In this document: in pieces, positions 55,168 to 64,000 of the stretch
Position numbering within the stretch: position 1 is the first letter of the stretch
Layout of the letters: each line of letters opens with the position of its first letter
Origin: an uncultured Actinomycetota bacterium
GTDB taxonomy: Bacteria; Actinomycetota; CALGFH01
DNA length: 64,000 nt
Direction: 5' to 3'
Assembly: GCA_963733175.1 (NCBI GenBank)
Contig: CAVTCL010000030.1
Location: 20,452-84,451, forward strand
The notes under the pieces: model-generated
Told to the model about the DNA's origin: nothing
Databases searched by the model: none
What the model saw: only the letters and a program-made list of their open reading frames with translations
Program-made: the position numbers and the translations under genes

Positions 55168-56044
55168 GCCTGCCGCACTCGAGGTCGGCCACCGGCTCGG
55201 GCCCTACCGGATCGAGGCGCGGCTCGGCCAGGGCGGCATGGGGGTCGTGTTCCGCGCCGTCCACGACGACGGCCGTACGGTGGCCCTCAAGGTGCTGCGC
55301 GACGAGCTCGCCGCCGACCAGTCGTTCCGGACCCGGCTGGCCCGGGAGGCCAGGGCCGCCGCCGAGGTCGACCACCCCAACCTGGCCCGGGTGGTGGAGG
55401 CGGGGGAGGCGGACGGCCGCCTGTACCTGGCCGTCCGCCATGTCGACGGCCGCTCGCTGGCCGACCGCCTCGCTTCCGGCGGGCCGCTGGGCGTCCCCGG
55501 CCTGCTGCGGCTGGCCGCCGAGGTCGGCGCCGGCCTGGACGCCCTGCACGGCCGGGGGATCGTGCACCGCGACGTCAAGGCGGCCAACATCCTGCTGGCC
55601 GGCGACGGGCCGGCCGTGCTGGTCGACTTCGGCCTGGCCAAGAGCCGCGCCTGGACGGTGCTGACCCGGCCCGGCCAGGTCCTTGGGACCCTCGACTACC
55701 TGGCCCCCGAGCTGATCCGGGGGGAGCCGGCCGGTCCCATGAGCGACCTGTACGCGCTCGGCTGCGTCCTCTACGAGTGCCTGGCCGGGGCGCCGCCGTT
55801 CGCCGGCCGGGGCGTCCTGCGGATCGGCATGGCCCACCTCGAGGAGGAGCCCGGCGACCCGGCCGCCGGGCGCGCCGACGTCCCGCCGGCCATCTCCTGG
55901 ACGGTCCGCCAGGCCCTGGCCAAGGACCCGGCCCGCCGGCCCCCGAGCGGGGTCGCGCTGGCCCGTATGCTTCGCCTGGCCGCCGCCGGGTCTCGACCGG
56001 GGGGCCAGGCTGAGCCCCCGGACCCCGATCCACCGGGGGGCTAG
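55160..56044 (+). CDS. Ser/Thr protein kinase, kinase domain only (soluble)
   Basis: GQGGMGVVFRA, ALK, HRDVKAANILL, DFG, APE; no TM segment; paralogous to the kinase at 50779..52474. Confidence 0.85.
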   Translation: MPMPAALEVGHRLGPYRIEARLGQGGMGVVFRAVHDDGRTVALKVLRDELAADQSFRTRLAREARAAAEVDHPNLARVVEAGEADGRLYLAVRHVDGRSLADRLASGGPLGVPGLLRLAAEVGAGLDALHGRGIVHRDVKAANILLAGDGPAVLVDFGLAKSRAWTVLTRPGQVLGTLDYLAPELIRGEPAGPMSDLYALGCVLYECLAGAPPFAGRGVLRIGMAHLEEEPGDPAAGRADVPPAISWTVRQALAKDPARRPPSGVALARMLRLAAAGSRPGGQAEPPDPDPPGG

Positions 56045-56097
56045 GCTTGAGCCCCCCGGACCCCCCGGCGGTAGCCGCGCCGACAACGGAGGTGGGG

Positions 56098-56574
56098 ATG
56101 CACGCGCTCCGCTTCACCGCCGGCCCCCTGGCCGGCCGCCGGGTCGAGGTCACCTCGGCCCTGGTGCTGGGCCGCCAGGCCGCCGACCTGGTCATCGAGG
56201 ACCCGCAGGTGTCCAGGCGCCACGCCAGCGTGCGCCCGGCCGGCGACGCCCTCGAGGTCGAGGACCACGGGTCGCTGAACGGCACCTGGGTCAACGGCGC
56301 CCGGGTCGACGGCACCACCCTCCTCGCCCCCGGGGACCGGGTCCGGGTCGGCGACACCACCTTCGAGGTCGAGGGGCCGCCCGTCCGCGCCGCCCCCACC
56401 GAGGCCAGCCCCCAGCCGGACCCGCCGCCGGCGCTCCCCTTCGACCCGTCCCCCCAGCGCCCGCCCCGCCGCCGGTCCGGGGTGGCCAGCCGGCGGCTGA
56501 CCCCGACCGTGCTGTCGTTCGGGACGGTGGTCGTGACGGCCATCGCCCTGGTGTGGTATTTCGCCATGCGCTGA
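56098..56574 (+). CDS. FHA-domain protein with Pro-rich linker and C-terminal TM anchor
   Basis: GGAGGTG before the ATG; GRQAADLVIEDPQVSRRHASV..GSLNGTWVNG; tail TVLSFGTVVVTAIALVWYFAMR*. Confidence 0.8.
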   Translation: MHALRFTAGPLAGRRVEVTSALVLGRQAADLVIEDPQVSRRHASVRPAGDALEVEDHGSLNGTWVNGARVDGTTLLAPGDRVRVGDTTFEVEGPPVRAAPTEASPQPDPPPALPFDPSPQRPPRRRSGVASRRLTPTVLSFGTVVVTAIALVWYFAMR

Positions 56575-56634
56575 CCGACCGGCGATCCTGGCCGGCGAAC
56601 CGTCGATCATCGGCCGACGGCGGATCGCTGCCGG

Positions 56635-57399
56635 TCAGCCGCCCAGGCGCTCCAGGCGGGTGTGGACCTCGTAGCGGTCGCCGCGGTAGAGGGAGCGGAC
56701 GTACTCGACCGGGGTGCCGGCCGGGTCGCGGGTGACCCGCTGGAACAGCAGGGCCGGCGCGTCGGCGTCGATCTGGAGCAGGGCGGCCTCGTCGCCGGTG
56801 AGGCGGACCACGCTGGCCCACTGGTCGGCATCGGCCACCCGCACCCCCCAGTCGCGCTCCAGCAGCTCGTACAGGGATGCGTCGGTGAGGTCGGCCGACT
56901 CCAGCCCGGGCAGGCGCTGGGCCGGGAGATGGGTCCGCTCGAGGGCCATGGGCTCGCCGTCGGCGGTCCGGACCCGCTCCAGGTGCACCACCGGGCTGCC
57001 CGGGACCAGGGCGAGGTGGCGGGCCACGACCTCGCTGGCCGGGACCACGGCCTGGCTGCGCACCACCGAGCCCGGGGTCATGCCCCTGGCCCGCATGTCC
57101 TCGGTGAAGGAGGTCAGGGTCAGCGGCTGGCGGAACTTGGGCTCGGCCACGAAGGTGCCGCTGCCGTGGACCCGGTAGACCAGGCCGCGGGAGACCAGCC
57201 CCTCGACCGCCTGGGTGACGGTCGCCCTGGCCACCCCGTAGCGCTCGGCCAGCAGCCGCTCGGAGGGGAGCAGCGCCCCCGGCTGGAGGGCGGCGATCAC
57301 CCCTTCCAGGATCTCCTGGAGCTGCTCGCCCTTGGGCCGCGTGTAGGAGAGCTTCCGGGGAAGCGCCTCGACCTGGGCTCCGCGCCGACGTGCCGTCAT
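56635..57399 (-). CDS. GntR/HutC-family regulator with UTRA domain (DasR/NagR-like)
   Basis: w[34 protein letters not shown] plus a UTRA effector domain; divergent from the amino-sugar operon. Confidence 0.85.
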   Translation of the reverse strand: MTARRRGAQVEALPRKLSYTRPKGEQLQEILEGVIAALQPGALLPSERLLAERYGVARATVTQAVEGLVSRGLVYRVHGSGTFVAEPKFRQPLTLTSFTEDMRARGMTPGSVVRSQAVVPASEVVARHLALVPGSPVVHLERVRTADGEPMALERTHLPAQRLPGLESADLTDASLYELLERDWGVRVADADQWASVVRLTGDEAALLQIDADAPALLFQRVTRDPAGTPVEYVRSLYRGDRYEVHTRLERLGG

Positions 57400-57422
57400 G
57401 CCGACAAGTCTACCCGAACCGC

Positions 57423-57451
57423 TTGACAACTGGACTAGGCCACCTTACCGT
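57423..57451 (+). promoter_or_regulatory. Promoter TTGACA-17 nt-TACCGT for the amino-sugar operon
   Basis: TTGACA at 57423-57428 and TACCGT at 57446-57451; 33 nt upstream of the SIS-gene ATG. Confidence 0.5.
57429..57444. promoter_or_regulatory. DasR-responsive-element-like operator ACTGGACTAGGCCACC
   Basis: 13/16 match to the dre consensus ACTGGTCTAGACCACT; near-palindromic TGGaCTAGgCCA; fills the promoter spacer exactly. Confidence 0.5.
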
Positions 57452-57483
57452 CCTCGTACGGGACGGCTGCGGAGGAGGGACGG

Positions 57484-58190
57484 ATGCTCGACCGCTACGT
57501 CGACGCCGCCGGGCACGCGCTCGGCGAGGTCGCCGCCACCCAGGGCGAGCCGCTGGAGGAGGCGGCCGGCTGATCGCCGCCGCCGTCGCCGCCGGGGGCG
57601 TGCTGCACCTGTTCGGCGCCGGCCACTCCCAGCTCCTGGCCCTCGACGCCTACGCGCGGGCCGGGGGCCTGGCCTGCGTCAACCCGATCCTCGACCCGGC
57701 CTGTCGCCGGCCGCCGGGCTGGACATCGCCCGCGCCGAGCGGACCGAGGGCCTGGCCGCGGCCATCCTGGAGGGCGAGGACCTGCGCCCGGGCGAGGTCG
57801 TCCTGGTCGTCTCCAACTCCGGCGTCAACGCCGTCCCCGTCGAGCTCGCCCTCGGCTGCCGGGAGCGCGGCCTGCGGGTGGTCGCCCTGACCAACCTCGA
57901 GCAGGCCAAGGCCACCGCCCCCGCCACCCCTCCGGGGCCCGGCTGCACGAGCTGGCCGACGTGGTGATCGACAACCGCTGCCCGCCCGGCGACGCCGCCG
58001 TCAGCCTCGCCTCCGGCGACCGGGTCGGCCCCCTGACCACGGTGGTCGGGGCCGCCGTGGTCGCCGCCCTCTGCGCCCGGGTGGCCGAGCTGCTGCTGGA
58101 GCAGGGCCGGCGCCCGCCGGTGCTGGCCAGCCAGAACCTCGACGGCCGCCCGGTGGCCGAGGCAACACCGAGCTGTCCGGCCCTAGCTGA
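57484..58190 (+). pseudogene. Single-SIS-domain protein (UPF0309-like), 4-5 frame breaks as assembled
   Basis: [16 protein letters not shown].. / [34 protein letters not shown] / [32 protein letters not shown] / RLHELADVVIDNRCPPGDA.. spread over three frames (for example a missing C in ggc(c)tg near 57570). Confidence 0.7.
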
Positions 58191-58204
58191 CCGGTCCGGA
58201 GGGC

Positions 58205-59416
58205 ATGACGGCACGGCTGCTGGTCACCGGGGCCCGGGTGCTGACCCCGGGCGGGGAGTGGCCCCGAGGCTGGATCGCCGTGGAGGGCCGCCGGATCGCG
58301 GCCATGGGCCAGGGCAAGCCGCCGCCGGGCACCGGCGCCGGGGCCGACGTGCTCGCCGCCGACGGCCTGGTGGCCATGCCCGGCTTCATCGACCTGCACG
58401 CCCACGGCGCGGTCGGGGTGGACGTGCTGGACGCCGACCCCGACGGGCTGGCCCGCATGGCCCGCTTCTTCGCCGGCCACGGCGTCACCGCCTGGCTGCC
58501 GGCCACCATGACCGCGACCGGTCCCGACACCGTGCGCGCCCTCGAGGCGGTGCGCGCGGCGGCCGGCCCGGTCGACGGGGGCGCCACCATCCTCGGCGCC
58601 TACCTGGAAGGGCCCTACCTGAACCCGGCCAGGGCCGGCGCCCAGGACGTCGCCCTCATCCGGGCGGCCGACCCGGCCGAGGCGGCCCGGCTGCTCGACC
58701 TGGGCGTGGCCCGGGTCCTGGTCCTGGCCCCCGAGATCGAGCAGAACCGCTGGCTGATCGCCGAGGCCGCGGCCAGGGGGGTGACGGTGTCCGCCGGCCA
58801 CACCGACGCCACCTACGACCAGGCGCTCCAGGCCGTCGAGGACGGCGTCCGCCACGTCACCCACGCCTTCAACGCCATGCCGCCCCTCGGCCACCGCGAG
58901 CCCGGGATGCTCGGCGCGGCCCTGGTCACCCCCGAGCTCCGCTGCGAGCTGGTGGCCGACAACGTCCACGTCCACCCGGCCGCCATGCGCCTGCTGGTGG
59001 AGGCCAAGGGGGCCGAGGGCGTGGTCCTGGTCAGCGACGCCGTGCGGGCCACCGGGCTGGAGGAGGGCGCCTACACCGTGGGCGACCGGCCGGCCTTCCA
59101 CATGGACGGCGCCATCCGCCTGGCCGACGGGACCCTGGCCGGCAGCGTCCTCACCCTCGACCGGGCCCTGCACAACCTCCAGGCCGCCACCGGCCGGCCC
59201 CTGGCCGAGCTGTGGCCGGCGGCCAGCCGCAACGCCGCCCAGGCCATCGGGGTCGACGACCGCAAGGGCAGCCTGGAGCCGGGCAAGGACGCCGACCTGG
59301 TCCTGCTCGACCCGTCCCTGCGGGTGGTGGTCACCGTGGCCGAGGGCGCCGTCGTCCACGGCGCCGACCGCCTGGCCCGCCGGCCGGCGCCCGCCGGCCG
59401 CGCCCCACCCGACTGA
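58205..59416 (+). CDS. nagA: N-acetylglucosamine-6-phosphate deacetylase
   Basis: PGFIDLHAHG, AGHTDATYDQ, HAFNAM, DADLVLLD; intact. Confidence 0.9.
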   Translation: MTARLLVTGARVLTPGGEWPRGWIAVEGRRIAAMGQGKPPPGTGAGADVLAADGLVAMPGFIDLHAHGAVGVDVLDADPDGLARMARFFAGHGVTAWLPATMTATGPDTVRALEAVRAAAGPVDGGATILGAYLEGPYLNPARAGAQDVALIRAADPAEAARLLDLGVARVLVLAPEIEQNRWLIAEAAARGVTVSAGHTDATYDQALQAVEDGVRHVTHAFNAMPPLGHREPGMLGAALVTPELRCELVADNVHVHPAAMRLLVEAKGAEGVVLVSDAVRATGLEEGAYTVGDRPAFHMDGAIRLADGTLAGSVLTLDRALHNLQAATGRPLAELWPAASRNAAQAIGVDDRKGSLEPGKDADLVLLDPSLRVVVTVAEGAVVHGADRLARRPAPAGRAPPD

Positions 59417-59451
59417 CCACCGGCCGTCCCAGCAGCAAGGAGGAAGGTCCC

Positions 59452-60765
59452 ATGCCCAGCTCGCTCCGCCACCGCGTCACCGCCGCCCTCGCCCTCGCGT
59501 TCGCCCTCGTCATCGGGGTGGCGGCCTGCGGGGACTCCTCCGGGGACAGCGACCAGGCCAGCACCGACTCCGGTCCCCGCACCCTCACCATCTGGCTGAT
59601 GGAGGGAAGCGCCCCGCCCCAGGTGGTCGAGGCCGTCAACGCCGAATGGAAGAAGGCCCATCCCAACGACACCGTCAAGGTCGAGCTCCAGCAGTGGAAC
59701 AACATCACCACCAAGCTCGACGCCGCCTTCGCCGGCTCCAGCCCGCCCGACGTGGTCGAGCTGGGCAACACCCTGGTCTCCAAGTACGCCGCCGCCGGCG
59801 CGCTCCAGGACCTGACGGCCAGCCGCGACCAGTTCGAGAACAACCAGGCCTGGCTCCAGTCGCTGACCGAGTCCTGCACCATGGAGGGCAAGCTCGTCTG
59901 CGCGCCGTACCTGGCCGGCAGCCGGGCGGTCATCTACCGCAAGAGCATGTTCGCCAAGGCCGGCATCACCGAGCCCCCGGCCAGCCTGGAGGAGCTCCAG
60001 GCCGACGCCGAGAAGCTGATGCAGACCTTCGGCTCCGACAAGCGCTTCTCGGCCTTCTACTTCCCCGGCAAGTACTGGTACGCGGCGCTCCCCTTCGTCT
60101 GGGACCACGGCGGCGACATCGCCGTGCAGGACGGCGGCCAGTGGCGCGGCACCCTCGACAGCGCCGAGTCCCAGGCCGGGCTGACCGCCCTCAAGCAGCT
60201 GGTCGACTGCTGCTCGCGGGCTGACAAGCAGGGCGACGAGCTCAAGCAGGACCAGGCCTTCGCCCAGGGCCACATCGCCATGATCGTGGCCAACGGCTGG
60301 GAGAAGGGCGTCATCCTCGACCCCAAGCAGGGCAACCCCAAGCTGGAGAAGGACCTGGCCGCCTTCCCGCTGCCCAGCCGCACCAGCGGCGAGACGGCGC
60401 CGGTGTTCCTCGGCGGCTCCGACCTCGGCGTCGCCGCCAAGTCCAAGAGCCAGGACCTGGCCCTGGACTGGGTGAAGCTGCTGGCCGGGACCAACTTCCA
60501 GACGCAGATGGCCACCGTCGGCGGGGTCATCCCCAACGCCACCACCCTGCTCGACCTGCACGCCAGCGACCCCTACCTGTCGGTGTTCGACGCCACCGCC
60601 AAGAACAGCCGCTTCACCCCGACCTCGCCCAACTGGGCGAACGTCGAGGCGGCCAACATCCTGCCCGACATGCTGGTCTCGATCTTCACCGAGCGCTCCT
60701 CGGTCGCCGACGCGACCAAGCAGGCCAGCACCCAGATCACGGATACGCTCAACGCCGGCAGCTGA
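59452..60765 (+). CDS. Sugar ABC transporter substrate-binding lipoprotein
   Basis: AAGGAGGA before the ATG; lipobox LVIGVAAC; family-1 solute-binding fold. Confidence 0.9.
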   Translation: MPSSLRHRVTAALALAFALVIGVAACGDSSGDSDQASTDSGPRTLTIWLMEGSAPPQVVEAVNAEWKKAHPNDTVKVELQQWNNITTKLDAAFAGSSPPDVVELGNTLVSKYAAAGALQDLTASRDQFENNQAWLQSLTESCTMEGKLVCAPYLAGSRAVIYRKSMFAKAGITEPPASLEELQADAEKLMQTFGSDKRFSAFYFPGKYWYAALPFVWDHGGDIAVQDGGQWRGTLDSAESQAGLTALKQLVDCCSRADKQGDELKQDQAFAQGHIAMIVANGWEKGVILDPKQGNPKLEKDLAAFPLPSRTSGETAPVFLGGSDLGVAAKSKSQDLALDWVKLLAGTNFQTQMATVGGVIPNATTLLDLHASDPYLSVFDATAKNSRFTPTSPNWANVEAANILPDMLVSIFTERSSVADATKQASTQITDTLNAGS

Positions 60766-60793
60766 CCGGGTCGAGCGGGAGGTAGAGGCAGCC

Positions 60794-61775
60794 GTGCGCG
60801 CCGTCGAGACGAGACCATCGTCGTCCCGGCGGCGCGCCGCGCCCGCCCCCCGGCCACCGGCCCCGCGGCGACCCGGGGCCAGGGCCAGGCGGCTGCGGCC
60901 GCTGGCGCCCTACGCCCTGCTGGCCCCGGCCCTGCTGGTGCTGGCGGCCATCCTCGGGTTCCCCATGTACCGGCTGGTCTCGCTCTCCTTCCAGCAGTAC
61001 GGGCTGCGGGAGCTGTTCGCCGGCAAGGGCACCTTCATCGGCCTGGACAACTACCAGCGACGTCGTCACCGACCCGTTCTTCTGGACGGTGGTGGTCAGG
61101 ACGGTGCTGTTCGCCGCCGTCTGCGTCGGGCTGACCATGGTGCTCGGCACCCTGGTGGCCCTGCTGCTGCGCAACCTGGCCCGGCCCATGCGGGTGGCGG
61201 TGACGGCCGGGCTGGTGGCCGCCTGGGCGATGCCGACCCTGACCGCCATCTCCATCTGGCAGTGGCTGTTCGACTTCGAGTTCGGGGTGGTGAACTGGCT
61301 GCTGACCAGGCTCGGGGCCGACGGCTTCCAGCAGCACAACTGGTTCGACCAGCCGCTCCAGGGGTTCTCGGTGATCGTGCTGGTGGTCGTGTGGGGGGCG
61401 CTGCCGTTCGTGGCCATCACCCTGCACGCCGGGCTGACCCAGGTCCCGGCCGAGCTCGAGGAGGCGGCCAGGGTCGACGGGGCCGGCGCCTGGCAGGTGT
61501 TCCGCCACATCACCTTCCCGGTCATGAAGCCGATCTTCCTGATCCTGGCCACCCTCTCCACCATCTGGGACTTCAAGGTCTTCACCCAGATCTGGGTGCT
61601 GCTCAACCAGCGCCCCAGCCGCGAGTACTTCCTGCTCGGCATCTGGTCCTACAGCGAGTCGTTCGGGGTGACCCGCTACGGCAAGGGGGCGGCCATCGCC
61701 GTGATCATGGTCATCCTGCTGCTGCTGGTGACCTCGTTCTACGTCCGCCAGATGCTGCGGGCGGTGGGCCCATGA
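60794..61775 (+). CDS. Sugar ABC transporter permease (MalF-like), 1 frameshift near 61058
   Basis: ..GLDNYQ / DVVTDPFFWTVVVRTVLF.. joins ORF 60794 to ORF 61089..61775; EAA loop EEAARVDGAGAWQVFRHITFP. Confidence 0.85.
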
Positions 61776-62603
61776 CCCGGCGACCGCCTGACCCGGGTGG
61801 GCTACAACGCCGCCGCCGCGCTGGTGCTGCTGGTGACGCTGTTCCCGATCTACTGGATGGTGGCGACCGGCTTCAAGCGGGGCGTCGACATCCTGTCCTT
61901 CGAGCCCAAGTGGCTGCCGGTCCCGGGGACGCTGGAGAACTACCGCTCGGCCATCGCCAAGCCGCACTTCCTCCAGGACGTCCGCAACTCGGTCCTGGTG
62001 GTCGTGGCCACGGTGCTGATCTCGCTGGTCCTGGCCTTCCTGGCCGCCCTGGCCGCGGCCCGGTTCAACTTCCGCGGCCGGGCCGCCCTGATCGTCATGC
62101 TGATCGTGGTCCAGATGGTGCCCCTGGAGGCCCTCATCATCCCCATCTACCTGATGCTGGACGGGGCCGGCCAGACCGACCGGCTGGCCGGGATCATCGT
62201 CACCTACCTGACCTTCGTGCTCCCGTTCGCCATCTGGACGCTGCGCGGCTTCATCGTCAACATCCCCGAGGAGCTCGAGGAGGCGGCGATGGTGGACGGC
62301 TGCACCCGCGCCGGTGCCTTCCGGCGCATCCTGTTCCCCCTGGTCGCCCCGGGGCTGGTCGCCACCTCGGTGTTCTCCTTCATCCTGGTCTGGAACGACT
62401 ACCTGATCGCCTATGTGCTGCTGCGCAGCCCCGAGAAGCAGACCCTGGGGATCTGGCTGGCCTCCTTCACCACCAACCACGGCACCGAGTGGGGCGGGGT
62501 GATGGCCGGGTCGACCCTGTTCGCCATCCCGGCGGTGGTGTTCTTCCTGCTCGTCCAGCGGCGGGTGGTCAGCGGCCTCACCGCCGGGGCGGTCAAGGGA
62601 TGA
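61772..62603 (+). CDS. Sugar ABC transporter permease (MalG-like), 1 frameshift near 61785
   Basis: ATGA overlap with the upstream stop; MTRRPP / LTRVGYNAAAALVLL..; EAA loop EEAAMVDGCTRAGAFRRILFP. Confidence 0.85.
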
Positions 62604-63601
62604 CAAACGCCCAGCGGGCAGGTGTGTCCTACTTCGGCAACCGGATCCTGCGGCACGTCGCCGCCGACATGGAGGGGCTGGCCGCCGACGGGTTCGCCGG
62701 GGTGCTGCACACCTTCACCGAGAACGACCTCGCCTACTACCGCGAGAGCATGGGCCGGATCGTGGCCGTCTCCCACGACGCCGGCCTGGAGGTGCAGATC
62801 GCCCCCTGGGGGGTGGCCCAGCTGTTCGGCGGCGAGGCCGAGAGCCGCTTCACCGCCTTCAACCCCGACGCCGGCCAGGTGCTCGACGACGGCCGGGCGA
62901 CCCCGGCGGGCTGCCCCAACAACCCGGCCGTGCGGTCCTTCGTCCGCGCCTGGGCCGACGCGGCCATCGACACCGGCGCCGACCACGTCTTCTGGGACGA
63001 GCCCCACTGGGTCCACCCCGAGCACTTCGGCCTCGACCCGGCCCGCTGGGGCTGCCGCTGCCGCCACTGCCAGGCCCGCTGGGCCGAGCGGAACGGCGGC
63101 CAGGCCATGCCGGCCGAGCTGACCCCCGAGGTGCTCGCCTTCCGCCAGGACTGCCTGGTCGACTTCGTGGCCGACCTCGTCGGCCACTGCCAGGCCCAGG
63201 GGGCGGCCACCACCGTGTGCCTGCTGCCGCTGGTCGGCGGCGTCCACGGCCTGCCCGACTGGTCGGCCGTTGCCGCCCTGCCCGGGCTCGGCACCCTGGC
63301 CACCGACCCCTACTGGAAGGCCTTCGGCGAGCCGGCGCGGCCGTTCGTGACCCGGTTCTCGGAGCTGGTCGCCCGCCTCGCCGCCGCCCACGGGGTCGGC
63401 GCCCAGATCTGGGTCCAGGGGTTCCGGATGGAGCCGTCCGACGAGCCCGACATCCGCGCCGCCGTGGCCGCCGCCCGCGCCGCCGGCATCCAGGACCTCT
63501 GGACCTGGGGGTTCGAGGCCTGCGGCCACATGAGCGCCCTGGCCGGCAGCGACCCGGCGGCCGTCTGGGAGGTCCTCCGCGACGCCCTCACCGGCCGCTG
63601 A
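62600..63601 (+). CDS. Hypothetical protein, possibly a (beta/alpha)8-barrel glycosidase-like enzyme with a Cys-rich insert
   Basis: ATGA overlap with the permease stop; alternating beta/alpha-like pattern, FWDEPHW (NEP-like), CRCRHC; family not recognised. Confidence 0.5.
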   Translation: MTNAQRAGVSYFGNRILRHVAADMEGLAADGFAGVLHTFTENDLAYYRESMGRIVAVSHDAGLEVQIAPWGVAQLFGGEAESRFTAFNPDAGQVLDDGRATPAGCPNNPAVRSFVRAWADAAIDTGADHVFWDEPHWVHPEHFGLDPARWGCRCRHCQARWAERNGGQAMPAELTPEVLAFRQDCLVDFVADLVGHCQAQGAATTVCLLPLVGGVHGLPDWSAVAALPGLGTLATDPYWKAFGEPARPFVTRFSELVARLAAAHGVGAQIWVQGFRMEPSDEPDIRAAVAAARAAGIQDLWTWGFEACGHMSALAGSDPAAVWEVLRDALTGR

Positions 63602-63607
63602 CCCCGC

Positions 63608-63934
63608 CTACTCGGCCAGCTTCCCCGCCAGCCGCTCGGCCACCTTGTCGGCCAGCCGGTCGTAGTCGATCCCGGCCTCGCCAGCCCCCTCCGCCGTCGG
63701 CGCCGCCGACGACGCCGAGGCCAGATCCTCGACCATGCTCTCGATCCGCCGCACCCTGGCGAACAGCAGGTTGAACGCCTCCTCGGCGGTGGTCGTCCCC
63801 GGCACGATCATGGCGTCCTCGATCGCCCGGATCCGCTCGAACATCAAGTTCACCGTCTGCTCGGGCGAGATCGTCCCGGGCACGATCAGCGCCTCGTACA
63901 CCGCCCTGAGCTGCCTGGCCTGCTCTGCGGTCAT
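63608..63934 (-). CDS. Hypothetical 108-aa protein with internal tandem duplication
   Basis: GAGGAGGA before the ATG; near-100% third-position GC; repeats IVPGTISPEQTVNLMFERIRAIEDAM / IVPGTTTAEEAFNLLFARVRRIESMV. Confidence 0.65.
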   Translation of the reverse strand: MTAEQARQLRAVYEALIVPGTISPEQTVNLMFERIRAIEDAMIVPGTTTAEEAFNLLFARVRRIESMVEDLASASSAAPTAEGAGEAGIDYDRLADKVAERLAGKLAE

Positions 63935-64000
63935 GTCGTCGTCCTCCTCGATGGCACCCGACAGGATAGCGGGGCAGCACCCGGCTCGTCCACTGCCGCT

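Noticed and set aside
52591-56013. 1140-aa plus-strand ORF, plus similar giant ORFs 42358..45606(-), 35407..38514(-), 6266..9064(-) and 14607..16856(-)
   Set aside because: These are shadow ORFs typical of >70% GC DNA. They have low-complexity R/P/G/A content and lie opposite or out of frame to genes with clear motifs.

Overview
High-GC (visibly >70%) actinobacterial chromosomal core segment on both strands; I saw no rRNA, tRNA, CRISPR array, transposase or integrase. Gene order matches conserved Mycobacterium/Streptomyces-type synteny: prfA-prmC-tsaC-LMW phosphatase-wecA, then the full F1Fo operon atpI/Z-B-E-F-H-A-G-D-C. Next come a LuxR/HisKA_3 two-component pair with a MacB-type ABC exporter, cobB-GATase-corA, a large membrane protein, an MFS transporter, a Cys/His hydrolase-like orphan, and bioY-SDR-Nudix-hydrolase. 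An acyl-CoA block follows (GNAT-mce, thiolase-meaB, IcmA-type mutase, echA, etfBA), then a class A PBP with unusual repeat tails and iscS-mnmA coupled to an unplaced flavoprotein and membrane protein. The window ends with two mirrored Ser/Thr-kinase + FHA pairs flanking a CPA2/Usp antiporter, and a GntR-controlled amino-sugar operon (SIS, nagA, ABC uptake, unknown TIM-barrel-like gene). Major caveat: roughly 45 places need a frame change to recover the conserved protein, including atpH/A/G/D, and they are strongly clumped. High GC suppresses stop codons, so naive ORFs look long (up to 2237 aa) but are partly nonsense. I reconstructed genes across frames and flag this as most likely consensus error, unproven. 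Best leads: the kinase/FHA/antiporter module, the mnmA-coupled flavoprotein pair, the papain-like orphan, the TIM-barrel gene with a CxCxxC insert ending the amino-sugar operon, and a DasR-type operator inside a TTGACA/TACCGT promoter. All family assignments rest on motif recognition by eye; no searches were run.
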